From Anaerohalosphaeraceae bacterium (GTDB lineage: Bacteria > Planctomycetota > Phycisphaerae > Sedimentisphaerales > Anaerohalosphaeraceae), in contig CAXXSL010000019.1 in assembly GCA_963675525.2 (NCBI GenBank), positions 96,001 through 160,000 of the forward strand: a stretch of DNA of 64,000 bases, in the 5' to 3' direction. Under the pieces are notes generated by a model, which was given only the letters and a program-made list of their open reading frames with translations, had not been told where the DNA came from and searched no databases. Positions 45,458-56,121 of this stretch are shown here, piece by piece. Position numbers and translations under genes: made by a program. The first letter of the stretch is position 1. The number at the start of each line of letters is the position of its first letter.

Positions 45458-46957
45458 ATGGAATCTAATACAAATTCGGCGTCAGAAGTAATCTCGTCCG
45501 ATATCACAAGCCCCGGCGCCACTGTCTTCAGCGGTAAGTTGTCTCTTGTTGAGAAAGTCGGCTATGGTTTGGGAGATACGGCGTCCAATATCTTGTACCA
45601 GGCGTGGAGTTTCTTTCTCATGGTGTTCTACACCGATGTTTTTGGGATTCCCGCCGGAGCGGCCAGCTTTATGTTTCTCATTACGCGTTTCTGGGACATG
45701 ATTAACGACCCTATCATGGGGATGATCGCTGACCGTACCAACACACGCTGGGGCAAGTTCAGACCTTACTTGTTATGGATGGCGTTCCCGTACGGTGTTC
45801 TTGCCTGTGCGATGTTCATCACTCCCGAGTGGGGCCGGAACATGAAAATCGTCTATGCTTACGCCACCTATATCCTGGCAACAATGGCTTACACGGCCAT
45901 TAACATTCCCTATTCATCGCTGATGGCCGTCATGACACCGGATCCGCACGAACGAACAACGCTGTCACAGTATCGCTTTTTCTTTGCTTTTGTGGGAATG
46001 CTTCTGATCACGACGTTTACCCTGCCTCTGGCCAAGTTCTTCGGGGCGAATCCCTCGCATTCGGGTTACAGTGAGAAATTGGGTTACAGCCAGGCACTGG
46101 GCTATCAAATGACGATGGGCGTTTTTGGGGCGATCGCTGTTATCCTGCTGCTGATTACATTTCTGACAACACGCGAACGTGTTAAGCCGTCGAAAGAACA
46201 AAAAAATGCCTTCAGCCAGGACCTAAGAGACGTTGCGAAGAATCTACCCTGGATCATTTTATTTATTGCATCGATATTTTGGCTGATTCACAATATGATC
46301 CGTAATGGGATGATCGCGTACTACTTTAACAATGTTAATGGCCAGGGCAACAAGGTCCTGTTATCGTTGACATTGGGAGCTATGAAGCTTGACTTCGACC
46401 AGACAACGGTCTTTTTGACGATTGGTACTTTCGGGATGATGGCTGGGGTATTTCTCAGTACCCCCCTTAAAAAATGCTTTGGGCGGAAGGGGGTCATCAT
46501 CTTCTTTTCACTGGCCAGTGTGGTGCTGAGTGGTATTTTTTATTGGCTGCCGCCGAAGAATTTCATCCTGCTGGGAACCATGAATTTCCTGTGGGCGGTT
46601 GCCGCAGGCGTCATGCCCGTATTTTTCTTTGCCATGTTCGCCGATGTGGCGGACTTTCATGAATGGAAATTCAGACAGCGGGCCACAGGCCTGATTATAT
46701 CGGGGATCATGTTTGCAATCAAAATGGGTGTTGCCGTCGGAGGATTTCTGGGCTTGTATCTGCTCGGAAAATTCGGCTATGATAAAGAATTACCGATAAC
46801 CCCGGAAGTTATCGGGGGGATTAAGCTTCTGTTCAGCATCATCCCGGCCGGATTCATTCTGGTCTGCGGTGTAGTCCTCTGCCTGTATCCCATCGATGAA
46901 AAAATGCTGGGACAGATCGAGGTGGACCTGAAAAGCAGAAGTAGATCCGAATCGTAA
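45458..46957 (+). CDS. GPH-family MFS glycoside:cation symporter
   Basis: EKVGYGLGDTASN, WDMINDPIMGMIADRTNTRWGKFRPY, NIPYSSL, MFADVAD (track start 45407). Confidence 0.95.
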   Translation: MESNTNSASEVISSDITSPGATVFSGKLSLVEKVGYGLGDTASNILYQAWSFFLMVFYTDVFGIPAGAASFMFLITRFWDMINDPIMGMIADRTNTRWGKFRPYLLWMAFPYGVLACAMFITPEWGRNMKIVYAYATYILATMAYTAINIPYSSLMAVMTPDPHERTTLSQYRFFFAFVGMLLITTFTLPLAKFFGANPSHSGYSEKLGYSQALGYQMTMGVFGAIAVILLLITFLTTRERVKPSKEQKNAFSQDLRDVAKNLPWIILFIASIFWLIHNMIRNGMIAYYFNNVNGQGNKVLLSLTLGAMKLDFDQTTVFLTIGTFGMMAGVFLSTPLKKCFGRKGVIIFFSLASVVLSGIFYWLPPKNFILLGTMNFLWAVAAGVMPVFFFAMFADVADFHEWKFRQRATGLIISGIMFAIKMGVAVGGFLGLYLLGKFGYDKELPITPEVIGGIKLLFSIIPAGFILVCGVVLCLYPIDEKMLGQIEVDLKSRSRSES

Positions 46958-47035
46958 GAAAAGTTGATAATGTAAAAAATATAGATCGTCCGTTTGTGCT
47001 CCGGACCCAACAGATTCAGTAATGACGAGGCTACG

Positions 47036-49228
47036 ATGACTGAGAAAATTTCAAATCAAGGACATTTTACGCTGCCGGGTGAGGCCGGATACGAAGAGCT
47101 GACACTTGACCTGGCAAAAAAATGGGGCGCCGATGCCATTCGAGACAGCGACGGCACAGTGCTTTCAGATAAAATTACTGCGACGGGATTTGATATCTAT
47201 TCAACGCTTTGTCCGGTCCGGATAGATAACCAGTGGGCCAGGGCCAACATGGATAAACTCCAGAAAAATTATTTAATGAGCGATCCGGTTGTTGCCCAAA
47301 GTGATACCGTTACGATTGATCCGTTGAACGGGTATTTCAGAGAACAATTCCAAGTTAATACCCATGACGATCCTAAAAAATGGTGGCAGGTCTTTGACCG
47401 CACTTGCTCTCAGGAAGTCCCGGCTAACAGATGGAGCTTTGATGTCGAAAAAGGAATTGTCACAGTTAAGAATGCTAAGAAATGGCATAAGTACACGGTC
47501 AACTTTCTGGCTTACCGGATTTGGGAAGCCATTTCCATGTACAATCATATCACCAATGACTGGGGAGACCGGGAGCATTTGATGCCGATCGATCCGATCT
47601 ATCCCGAAACCCAGGCGTTTATTCTAAAGTATTTGGATAAGTGGCTCGATGAGCATCCGCGAACAAAGATTGTGCGTTTTACATCGATGTTCTACAACTT
47701 TGCCTGGTTCTGGGGTGACAGTGCCGACCTGCGTTTTCGTTATGTTGACTGGGGATCTTATGAAATGACGGTCAGCCCCTATGCGTTGAGCAGGTTTGCT
47801 GAGATCAAAGGGTACGAACTGACCAGTGAGGATTTTGTCAATAATGGAGCCTATTGCTCAACGCATAATGTGCCATCCCAGCGGCTGCGGGACTGGATGG
47901 ACTTTATGAATGAATTTGTTGTTTCGTTCGGACGGCAGTGTATTGACAAGATCCACGGCGCAGGTAAGCAGGCCTATATGTTTTACGATGACCATATTGT
48001 CGGCACCGAACCCTACGGCGAGCGATATAAGGATTTTGGATTTGACGGATTGATCAAGTGCGTCTTCAATGCGTTCGAAGCGCGGCTGTGTGCCGGCGTC
48101 AAAGGTGTCAAAACTAAAGAATTGCGGCTGCATCCTTACCTCTTTCCGACGGGACTGAGAGGGGAACCAACCTTTATGAAGGGCGGTAACCCGGCACTGG
48201 ACGCCAAACGTTTTTGGGTTGACATCCGTCGGGGTTTATTACGGGAGCCGGTAGACCGTATTGGGCTGGGCGGGTATCTGCATCTGGTCGAGCCGTTCCC
48301 GGACTTTGTTGAAACCATCGAACAAATCACTGAGGAATTCAGGACGCTTCGACAATACCATGAAAATGATAAACCGTACACAGCCCCGGTAAAGGTTGCC
48401 GTCCTGACCGCATGGGGCAAGTTGCGATCCTGGGGGTATGTGGGACACTTCATTCACGGAATGGAATTATATGAAGTGACCGAGTCGCTGGCGGGTTTGC
48501 CGGTGGAGGTTGAATATATCAGCTTTGACGAAGTTCTTGAAAACGGTATTTCTGACGACGTCCAGGTTATCCTCAACGCCGGACGATTGGGTAGTGCATG
48601 GTGCGGCGGGGAGAACTGGAAAAATGAAAAAGTGATCGAAATCCTGTCTTCCTGGGTTGCTGATGGCGGCGGATTTATCGGTGTTGGCGAACCGTCGGCT
48701 TGCATTCACAGCAGCCAATATTTCCAGCTTTCACATGTGTTGGGGTTGGATCGTCAGACGGCACAAACCTTCGGCAATCCCAGACGACAGTACAAAATAG
48801 CCGACTCAACACACTTCATTCTTGAAGACACCGATGGCGCAGTCGACTTTGGTAATGATGTTGATAATGTTTATATTACCTGCAAAGATACGCAGGTTCT
48901 CGTTGACAAAAACAACTCTCCCCGAATTGCGACACACCCGTTCGAAAAAGGGCAGGCGGTTTATTTTTCCGGTTTTAAGTTCACAGCAGCCAACAGCCGG
49001 CTTCTGTACCGTTCGCTCTTTTGGGCCGCCGGAAGGAAGGATGAATTCGGTCCCTGGACATGCAGCAATATCTTTACGGACTGTGCCTGGTTCCAGAACA
49101 GCCAAAAACTGGTCGTTATCAACAGCAGCGACGATGAACAGGAAACAAAGGTACGCGATTCCAAAGGTGATTTTGTGACTGTCAGTGTTAAACCTCATGG
49201 CATTAACATCATTGACAAACGGGCATAG
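47036..49228 (+). CDS. GH112 galactosyl phosphorylase, likely D-galactosyl-beta-1,4-L-rhamnose phosphorylase
   Basis: FTLPGEAG, WGADAIRDSDGT, YNHITNDW, VRFT, DW..Y..TVSP, RLHPYLFP, DRIGLGGY; no signal peptide (track start 46994). Confidence 0.9.
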   Translation: MTEKISNQGHFTLPGEAGYEELTLDLAKKWGADAIRDSDGTVLSDKITATGFDIYSTLCPVRIDNQWARANMDKLQKNYLMSDPVVAQSDTVTIDPLNGYFREQFQVNTHDDPKKWWQVFDRTCSQEVPANRWSFDVEKGIVTVKNAKKWHKYTVNFLAYRIWEAISMYNHITNDWGDREHLMPIDPIYPETQAFILKYLDKWLDEHPRTKIVRFTSMFYNFAWFWGDSADLRFRYVDWGSYEMTVSPYALSRFAEIKGYELTSEDFVNNGAYCSTHNVPSQRLRDWMDFMNEFVVSFGRQCIDKIHGAGKQAYMFYDDHIVGTEPYGERYKDFGFDGLIKCVFNAFEARLCAGVKGVKTKELRLHPYLFPTGLRGEPTFMKGGNPALDAKRFWVDIRRGLLREPVDRIGLGGYLHLVEPFPDFVETIEQITEEFRTLRQYHENDKPYTAPVKVAVLTAWGKLRSWGYVGHFIHGMELYEVTESLAGLPVEVEYISFDEVLENGISDDVQVILNAGRLGSAWCGGENWKNEKVIEILSSWVADGGGFIGVGEPSACIHSSQYFQLSHVLGLDRQTAQTFGNPRRQYKIADSTHFILEDTDGAVDFGNDVDNVYITCKDTQVLVDKNNSPRIATHPFEKGQAVYFSGFKFTAANSRLLYRSLFWAAGRKDEFGPWTCSNIFTDCAWFQNSQKLVVINSSDDEQETKVRDSKGDFVTVSVKPHGINIIDKRA

Positions 49229-49275
49229 TGGTTTTAATGGCATTAATGTGGTGCGATCAAATATCGGAAATTCAA

Positions 49276-50907
49276 ATGAAATATCTACTAAGAAAAAAAA
49301 GCTACTTATTAATTTTGTGCTTGTTTTACATTGCTCCCCTTGGCAGTTGCGCCATGCCCAAAAGCCCTGACGGAGAATCGGACAATAACATCCCCACCTT
49401 ATTCATTGCCGGAGACTCCACTGCGAGCAATGGAGCCGAGAACGGGTGGGGCAGCCATCTGGCGAATTTTTTCGATTCGGATCAATTAACTGTCGTTAAC
49501 CGGGCACGCGGTGGCCGCAGCAGCCGTACTTTTATTACTGAAGGCCTATGGGATGGCATTTTGGAGGATCTTAAACCCGGGGACACGGTCATCATACAAT
49601 TTGGTCATAACGATGCCGGCCAGATTAATGATGATCGGCGTGCGCGTGGTTCGATTCCATCGCTGGGCGATGAAACCCAGGAGATCGATAATCTGGTCAC
49701 AGGCAAACACGAAGTTGTGCATACATTTGGTTGGTATATGCGGAAAATGATTACGGAAACGAAGGCCAAAGGCGCTACGCCAATTGTGCTGAGTATGACG
49801 GCACGCAATGTCTGGCATGATGGTAAGATCGAGCGGGAGAACACATTCTGCGGGCTGGCTCAGCAAGTGGCGACACAAACTGGCGTCACTTTTATTGACC
49901 TGCGTAATATGATCGCGGACCAGTATGAACTGCTCGGGCCGATTCGTGTTCGAGAACTGTTTCCCAAGGATCACACCCACACTGGCCCGGATGGTGCGGT
50001 CATCAATGCGGCGATGGTGGTATCGGGCCTTAAGGCCATTGACAGTCCCTTGGCGTCCATGTTGTCGGATTTGGGGCAAAGCGTCACCCCATACAAGCGG
50101 CCTGTCATGGTGAAACAGGTCAGGGAATGGATGACCTCGGCCTGGATGCCGGCGGTTCAGCCCGCATCCGACCCCAATTTGCCGACCCTGTATGCCATTG
50201 GGGATTCTACGGTGCGGACCGGAAGCCGGGGGGACGGATCCAACGGCCAATGGGGTTGGGGAGCTCCAATTGCAGATTTTTTAGATCGAACCCGTCTGAA
50301 CGTAGAAAATCATGCGATGGGAGGGACCAGCAGTAGATCTTTCCGCACATTAGGCTTGTGGCAGCCTGTGCTGGACAAACTCAAGCCCGGCGACTTTGTG
50401 ATCATGCAGTTTGGTCACAATGATGACGGTCCGATTAACGACAATAAGCGTGCTCGGGGCACGATACACGGAAATGGCGACCAAACAGAGGAGATTGATA
50501 ACCTGCTGACAGGCAAGCACGAAATCGTGCATACTTATGGCTGGTACATTCGTCAATACATCGAGGAAACACAAGCGAAAGGTGCTACGGCGATCGTCTG
50601 TTCTCCAATCCCGCGAAATCGCTGGACAGATGGGAATGTAAACCGCTCTGTGGACAGCTATGCCTTGTGGGCCGCACAGGCCGCTAAGGCTGAAGACGCA
50701 CCGTTTATCGATCTGAACCAGTTAATAGGTGATTACTATGACAGTGTGGGTCAGGAAACAGTGACCGTTCTTTACTTTGATGAAGGTGAAACGACACACA
50801 CCAATGCGATGGGCGCACAAATGAATGCGATTTGTCTGGTGAAAGGCATCCGGGCTCTGAAGGACTGCCGACTGGCTGATGATCTAAAGGTCGTCAAGCC
50901 TCAGTAA
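49276..50907 (+). CDS. CE12 rhamnogalacturonan acetylesterase with two tandem SGNH domains, lipoprotein
   Basis: GDST, GGRSSR/GGTSSR, QFGHND and HTH/TTH each occur twice; lipobox LGSC (track start 49228). Confidence 0.92.
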   Translation: MKYLLRKKSYLLILCLFYIAPLGSCAMPKSPDGESDNNIPTLFIAGDSTASNGAENGWGSHLANFFDSDQLTVVNRARGGRSSRTFITEGLWDGILEDLKPGDTVIIQFGHNDAGQINDDRRARGSIPSLGDETQEIDNLVTGKHEVVHTFGWYMRKMITETKAKGATPIVLSMTARNVWHDGKIERENTFCGLAQQVATQTGVTFIDLRNMIADQYELLGPIRVRELFPKDHTHTGPDGAVINAAMVVSGLKAIDSPLASMLSDLGQSVTPYKRPVMVKQVREWMTSAWMPAVQPASDPNLPTLYAIGDSTVRTGSRGDGSNGQWGWGAPIADFLDRTRLNVENHAMGGTSSRSFRTLGLWQPVLDKLKPGDFVIMQFGHNDDGPINDNKRARGTIHGNGDQTEEIDNLLTGKHEIVHTYGWYIRQYIEETQAKGATAIVCSPIPRNRWTDGNVNRSVDSYALWAAQAAKAEDAPFIDLNQLIGDYYDSVGQETVTVLYFDEGETTHTNAMGAQMNAICLVKGIRALKDCRLADDLKVVKPQ

Positions 50908-51041
50908 AGTATTTTAGAAATGAATAAAAACCTTGGATTGAATTCCTGAAGTGCAGATGGAAAAGTCGTGAACATGCGGTTTGACAAACAACAGACAAAA
51001 AAATGCAAGTTTTTCAGTCTAAGTTATAAGGATGATTTGGA

Positions 51042-53489
51042 ATGATCTTAAGATTCCGTTATGTATTTCCGTTTGTTCTGTTCACATTTTGCGGGGCGGG
51101 CTGTACTGCAGTTTCACTGCAAACGATGGATTTGGTTTGGCCTGCTCAACAGGTCTCTGAGATGGATTTAGGGGGCAGCATACAAAATCCGCAGGGACAT
51201 ACACTCACCGTCAATAGTTGCAGTCTTGTGTATGACGGACAGCCGTGGCTTCCGGTGATGGGAGAATTCCATTTTGCCCGATACCCTGAAAGCGAATGGC
51301 GCGATGAACTGCTCAAGATCAAAGCGGGCGGGATTGATATTCTGGCAACTTATATTTTCTGGATTCATCACGAAGAAATTGAGGGTCAGTTCGACTGGTC
51401 AGGCCAGCGCAGTTTGCAAAACTTTGTAAAACTATGCGGCGAAGTGGATCTGCCACTCGTAGTACGCGTTGGGCCGTGGTGTCATGGTGAGGTCCGTAAT
51501 GGCGGCCATCCCGATTGGTTACTGAAAAAAGGATGGAAGTTGCGCAGAGACAATCCTGAGTATCTGGCTAAAGTGCAGATTCTGTTTACGGAAATAGCCG
51601 AACAACTGAAAGGTCTGCTGTTCAAGGAAGGCGGGCCGGTGATTGGTGTGCAGTTGGAAAATGAATACCGCGGCCGGGCCGAGCATTTGCTGACCCTGAA
51701 AAAAATTGTGCGCCAAGCCGGGCTCGATGTGCCGATCTATACGCGAACCGGCTGGCCAAAGCTGTCAAGCCCCATGCCGTTTGGTGAAATTCTTCCGCTG
51801 TTTGGCCAATATCCGGATGGCTTCTGGGATCGCTCGATCGACACGATGCCGTCCGATTACTGGAAGGCGTTTAATTTTGATGTGGTGCGAATGGATGTAA
51901 CGATTGCCAATGAACAACTCGGCAAACGCCGGGCCGAGGACGAGGCGGGTGTGCAACAGTATCCCTATTTGACCTGCGAACTGGGCGGGGGCATGATGCC
52001 GAGTTATCACCGCCGGATTCGGATCGCACCGATGGATATTGCGGCGATGGCCCTGACGAAGATCGGGTCCGGCAGCAATCTGCCCGGTTATTACATGTAT
52101 CACGGCGGGACCAACCCGGAGGGAAAATTAACGACACTGCATGAAACACAGGCGACCGGCCATAACGACCTGCCGGTAAAAACATACGACTTTCAGACCC
52201 CGCTGGGAGAATTCGGCCAGGTCCGGCCGCATTATCACTTACTGCGGCGGTTGCACCTGTTTCTGCGGGACTTTGGACAAACTCTGACAGCGATGCCGTC
52301 TACACTGCCGGTGGAGCGACCGAGCGGCAGAGACGATGCGGACACGTTACGATGGGCAGTTCGCTGCGATGGACACAGCGGTTATCTCTTTATCAATAAC
52401 TATCAGCGTTTGTTGGCAATGCCGCCCAAGCCCGAGACACAGTTTTCACTGAATCTAAATGAAGGCCCACTTACGATACCGGCCGAACCGATTACTGTGC
52501 CTGCCGGCGCGAGCTTTTTCTGGCCATTCAATCTGGATATGCACGGGGCAAAGTTGATTTATGCGACGGCACAGCCGATCTGCAAGCTGGAAGATAATGA
52601 CACGCACTATATCGTATTCGCGCAAACAGCGGGACTTGATGCAGAGTTTGTTTTTGATGCGGCAAACGTGAAGATTGAGTCAACGACCGGAAAAAAAACC
52701 AAAACCAATGGACGATATTCGATTAGAAATATCAAACCCGGAACCGGTGCGGCGATTTGCCTCCAAAATGATAAGAGTGAAACAATTAATATCATACTGC
52801 TGGATGAACAGGCGTCTCTGGGTTGCTGGAAAGGTGTTTGGGGAGGTCGGGAGCGTTTATTTCTCTCGCGGGCCAATCTGATTTTCGATAAAGACAGTCT
52901 GCGTTTGCAGTCGAAAGATGCGGCTGATTTTTCAGTGGGCATCCTGCCTGCACCCGAAACAGTGATTGTAAATCGTGTTGCGCAAAAAGCGAAACCAGAC
53001 GGTCTATTTCGTCGGTTCTCGTTTGATATTCCAAGCACGTTGCCGGGCAAGGTGACTGTTGAAAAAATTCAAGATGCCGGTCCGGCCAGAGAGGTCAAAA
53101 AAGGCTTAGCCAAGGTGGCCGAAGCGCCTTCGGAGGCTGATTGGCAGGCAGCGGCAGTTTGGCGAGTGAAGCTTCCCGATGGGATTGATGCCGGCGACGA
53201 TTATCTGCTTGGCATATCCTATGTGGGCGATGTGGCTCGTGTTTATTGCGGCGATACGCTGCTGACGGACAATTTCTATAACGGCAATGTGTTCGAGATT
53301 GGTCTGCGACGATACGCTCCCGAAATCTATCAAAAAGGATTAACGCTTAAAATTCTGCCGTTGAAAAAGGATGCACCCATTTATCTTCAGAAGGAGGCCC
53401 GGCCGGATTTCGGTTCGGCCGAGAGTTTTTTGCAGCTTTCGTCTGTGGAGTTGATCCCTGAATGGAAAGTCCATCTGGTTGCTCCGTGA
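51042..53489 (+). CDS. GH35 beta-galactosidase, probable lipoprotein
   Basis: MGEFHFARYP, YIFWIHHEE, RVGPWCHGE.RNGG.PDW, VQLENEY, TCELGGG, GYYMYHGGTN, YDFQTPLGEFG. Confidence 0.93.
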   Translation: MILRFRYVFPFVLFTFCGAGCTAVSLQTMDLVWPAQQVSEMDLGGSIQNPQGHTLTVNSCSLVYDGQPWLPVMGEFHFARYPESEWRDELLKIKAGGIDILATYIFWIHHEEIEGQFDWSGQRSLQNFVKLCGEVDLPLVVRVGPWCHGEVRNGGHPDWLLKKGWKLRRDNPEYLAKVQILFTEIAEQLKGLLFKEGGPVIGVQLENEYRGRAEHLLTLKKIVRQAGLDVPIYTRTGWPKLSSPMPFGEILPLFGQYPDGFWDRSIDTMPSDYWKAFNFDVVRMDVTIANEQLGKRRAEDEAGVQQYPYLTCELGGGMMPSYHRRIRIAPMDIAAMALTKIGSGSNLPGYYMYHGGTNPEGKLTTLHETQATGHNDLPVKTYDFQTPLGEFGQVRPHYHLLRRLHLFLRDFGQTLTAMPSTLPVERPSGRDDADTLRWAVRCDGHSGYLFINNYQRLLAMPPKPETQFSLNLNEGPLTIPAEPITVPAGASFFWPFNLDMHGAKLIYATAQPICKLEDNDTHYIVFAQTAGLDAEFVFDAANVKIESTTGKKTKTNGRYSIRNIKPGTGAAICLQNDKSETINIILLDEQASLGCWKGVWGGRERLFLSRANLIFDKDSLRLQSKDAADFSVGILPAPETVIVNRVAQKAKPDGLFRRFSFDIPSTLPGKVTVEKIQDAGPAREVKKGLAKVAEAPSEADWQAAAVWRVKLPDGIDAGDDYLLGISYVGDVARVYCGDTLLTDNFYNGNVFEIGLRRYAPEIYQKGLTLKILPLKKDAPIYLQKEARPDFGSAESFLQLSSVELIPEWKVHLVAP

Positions 53490-53555
53490 CGGATTTTTAC
53501 TTTTATTGATACAATTATATTAATCGATTTTCCGGAAATGAAAGCGGGTGACGCG

Positions 53556-56081
53556 ATGAAAAAAAACGTTTTTCAAACAGTGCTTGTTGTATTTATTTCC
53601 TCAACGTTCCTTGCCTTTACCGCAGATGCACAAAAAATTGCTATAACGGTTCAGGCAGACGCAGCCGGCAAATCCATCAGCCCCGATCTGTTTGGTATTT
53701 TTTTTGAGGATCTGAACTATGCTGCGGACGGGGGACTCTACGCAGAATTAGTTCAGAACCGTTCGTTTGAATACAGCCGGGCCGACAACAGGGACTGGAA
53801 CTCGCTGACATCCTGGGATTTGCTTCAAAGCGATGCAGGCACCGCCGAGATTGCCGTTCAGACCCAGAGCCCGTTGAATGCTAATAATCCTCACTATGCG
53901 CTTTTGACAATTAACAAGGCCGGCAGCCGCACAGGTTTGCATAATACAGGTTTTGACGGTATCGTGCTCAAAGACGGAGATAAATACGATGTATCACTGT
54001 TTGCTCGTATCTTCTCCGGTCGTCCCGGCCCGATAGTCGTTCGTTTGGAAAATCGTCAGCATCAATCTCTGGGTGAGGTCCAATTAACCGGCTTAAAAGA
54101 AAACTGGACCAAACATACAGCTGTCATTGAAGCCGGCGCTGACGAGATAAATGCCCGTTTGGTCGTACTTGTTTCCGGAACCGGAACGCTGGGGCTGGAT
54201 ATGATTTCGCTGTTTCCGCAGAAAACTTTTCGCAACCGTCCCAATGGCCTGCGTGCGGACCTGGCCCAGGTGATTGCAGACTTGAAACCGAAATTTATGC
54301 GTTTTCCGGGCGGTTGCCTGGCACATGGTGATGGACTGGAAAATATGTATCGCTGGAAAGATACCATTGGTTCTGTCGAACAGCGAAAGGCCCAGAGGAA
54401 TATCTGGCGATACCACCAGACGATGGGGTTGGGGTATTTTGAATATTTCCAGTTTTGTGAGGATATCGGCGCCAAGCCGTTGCCGGTGGTACCGGCTGGT
54501 GTCTGCTGCCAGAACTCAGGGAATTATCTGAATTTGGTACCTCGAGGTCAAAAGGGCATTCCCATGGACGAGATGGATGAATATGTTCAGGAGGTATTGG
54601 ACCTGGTTGAGTATGCCAACGGTCCGATTACTTCCGAATGGGGCGCCAAACGTGCTTCTGCCGGGCATCCCGAGCCGTTTAACCTGGAATATCTTGGGGT
54701 TGGTAATGAGGATGTGATTTCGGAAACATTCCGTGTGCGGTACAAGATGATCAACGATGCCATCAAAGCGAAGTACCCGGACATTATCGTGATTGGAACC
54801 ACAGGACCGTTCACTGACGGCCGCGATTATGATGAAGGCTGGAAGTTTGCCAAAGAAGAAAAGCTGCCGATGGTGGACGAGCATGGGTATAAATCGCCCG
54901 CATGGTTTTGGGGAAACCTGGAGCGTTTTGATGCTTACGACCGCACCGGCATCCAGGTATATTTAGGCGAGTACGCTGCCCATGATAGGGGGCGTGCCAA
55001 TACACTGCGTTCGGCATTGTCCGAGGCGGCCTATATGACAACACTTGAACGTAACGGAGAACTGGTGCATCTTTCGTCTTATGCGCCGCTGCTGTCTAAG
55101 CAGGGCAGGACTCAATGGCGTCCGGATTTGATCTACTTCGACAACGTGTCAATTACACCGTCGATCAACTACTATGTTCAGCAATTGTTCAGTATGAACT
55201 GTGGTGACTTTTATCTTCCGACCACGGTGAAAATTCAGACACCCGAGTCACAAACCGAATCATCAACGATTCCCAATGGTGTATTACTTGGAACCTGGAA
55301 CACTCAGGCCAGATTTGACAACGTCAAAGTTCTCAACGGTACCGAAACCGTTCTGGACGAATCCTCTGACAGTGCTGCCGATGGTTGGAATTCAATGTCC
55401 GGTCAATGGAGCGTAGTTGGCAGTGTGCATAGCCAACGTTCCGGCGAAACACCGGCTCTGTCTATGTATGCCTTTGACGGTAAACAGTCGAATTACATGA
55501 TTACTCTGAAAGCGATGAAAACCAGCGGAGCCGAGGGTTTCCTGATCGGTTTTGGTGCGCTGGATGCGGAAAACTATTACTGGTTGAACTTGGGCGGTTG
55601 GGGCAATACATCTCATTGCCTGCAAAAAACAATCGATGGTGCTCAAAGCAGCTTTGGCCCTTCTATCTCCGGCAAGATTGACTCCAACCGTTGGTACGAT
55701 ATTAAGATTCAAGTTGACGGCAAGCAAATTCAATGCTATCTTGACGGACAACTGATCATCGATGTGACTGACCGAGGATTTATTAAAACACCTGATGTGG
55801 CGGCTTCCACGGTTCGGGATGCAGAAACCGGCGATGTGATTATTAAAATTGTCAGCAAGGCTGATGATGCGGTCAAGACGACCATCGACCTGAGTTCAGT
55901 GGGGCCGTTTGAGCCCAAAGCCGTTTGTACGATTCTGTCCGGCGATCCGATGGCAGAGAATCGATTCGGACAGACTCCGGTGGTTTTACCAAAAGAATCT
56001 GAAATTGAGGTCAGCAAAGTTCTTGATTATGAGATCCCCCCACATTCATTTTCTGTCATTCGGATTAACAGGACAAAGTAA
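53556..56081 (+). CDS. GH51 alpha-L-arabinofuranosidase, secreted
   Basis: FGIFFEDLNYAADGGLYAELVQNRSFE, RFPGGC, GVGNED, YLGEYA, SYAPLL; signal peptide (track start 53538). Confidence 0.94.
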   Translation: MKKNVFQTVLVVFISSTFLAFTADAQKIAITVQADAAGKSISPDLFGIFFEDLNYAADGGLYAELVQNRSFEYSRADNRDWNSLTSWDLLQSDAGTAEIAVQTQSPLNANNPHYALLTINKAGSRTGLHNTGFDGIVLKDGDKYDVSLFARIFSGRPGPIVVRLENRQHQSLGEVQLTGLKENWTKHTAVIEAGADEINARLVVLVSGTGTLGLDMISLFPQKTFRNRPNGLRADLAQVIADLKPKFMRFPGGCLAHGDGLENMYRWKDTIGSVEQRKAQRNIWRYHQTMGLGYFEYFQFCEDIGAKPLPVVPAGVCCQNSGNYLNLVPRGQKGIPMDEMDEYVQEVLDLVEYANGPITSEWGAKRASAGHPEPFNLEYLGVGNEDVISETFRVRYKMINDAIKAKYPDIIVIGTTGPFTDGRDYDEGWKFAKEEKLPMVDEHGYKSPAWFWGNLERFDAYDRTGIQVYLGEYAAHDRGRANTLRSALSEAAYMTTLERNGELVHLSSYAPLLSKQGRTQWRPDLIYFDNVSITPSINYYVQQLFSMNCGDFYLPTTVKIQTPESQTESSTIPNGVLLGTWNTQARFDNVKVLNGTETVLDESSDSAADGWNSMSGQWSVVGSVHSQRSGETPALSMYAFDGKQSNYMITLKAMKTSGAEGFLIGFGALDAENYYWLNLGGWGNTSHCLQKTIDGAQSSFGPSISGKIDSNRWYDIKIQVDGKQIQCYLDGQLIIDVTDRGFIKTPDVAASTVRDAETGDVIIKIVSKADDAVKTTIDLSSVGPFEPKAVCTILSGDPMAENRFGQTPVVLPKESEIEVSKVLDYEIPPHSFSVIRINRTK

Positions 56082-56121
56082 ACAATTCTGGCAAATGAAG
56101 TACAGCAACGGAGAATTTAAA

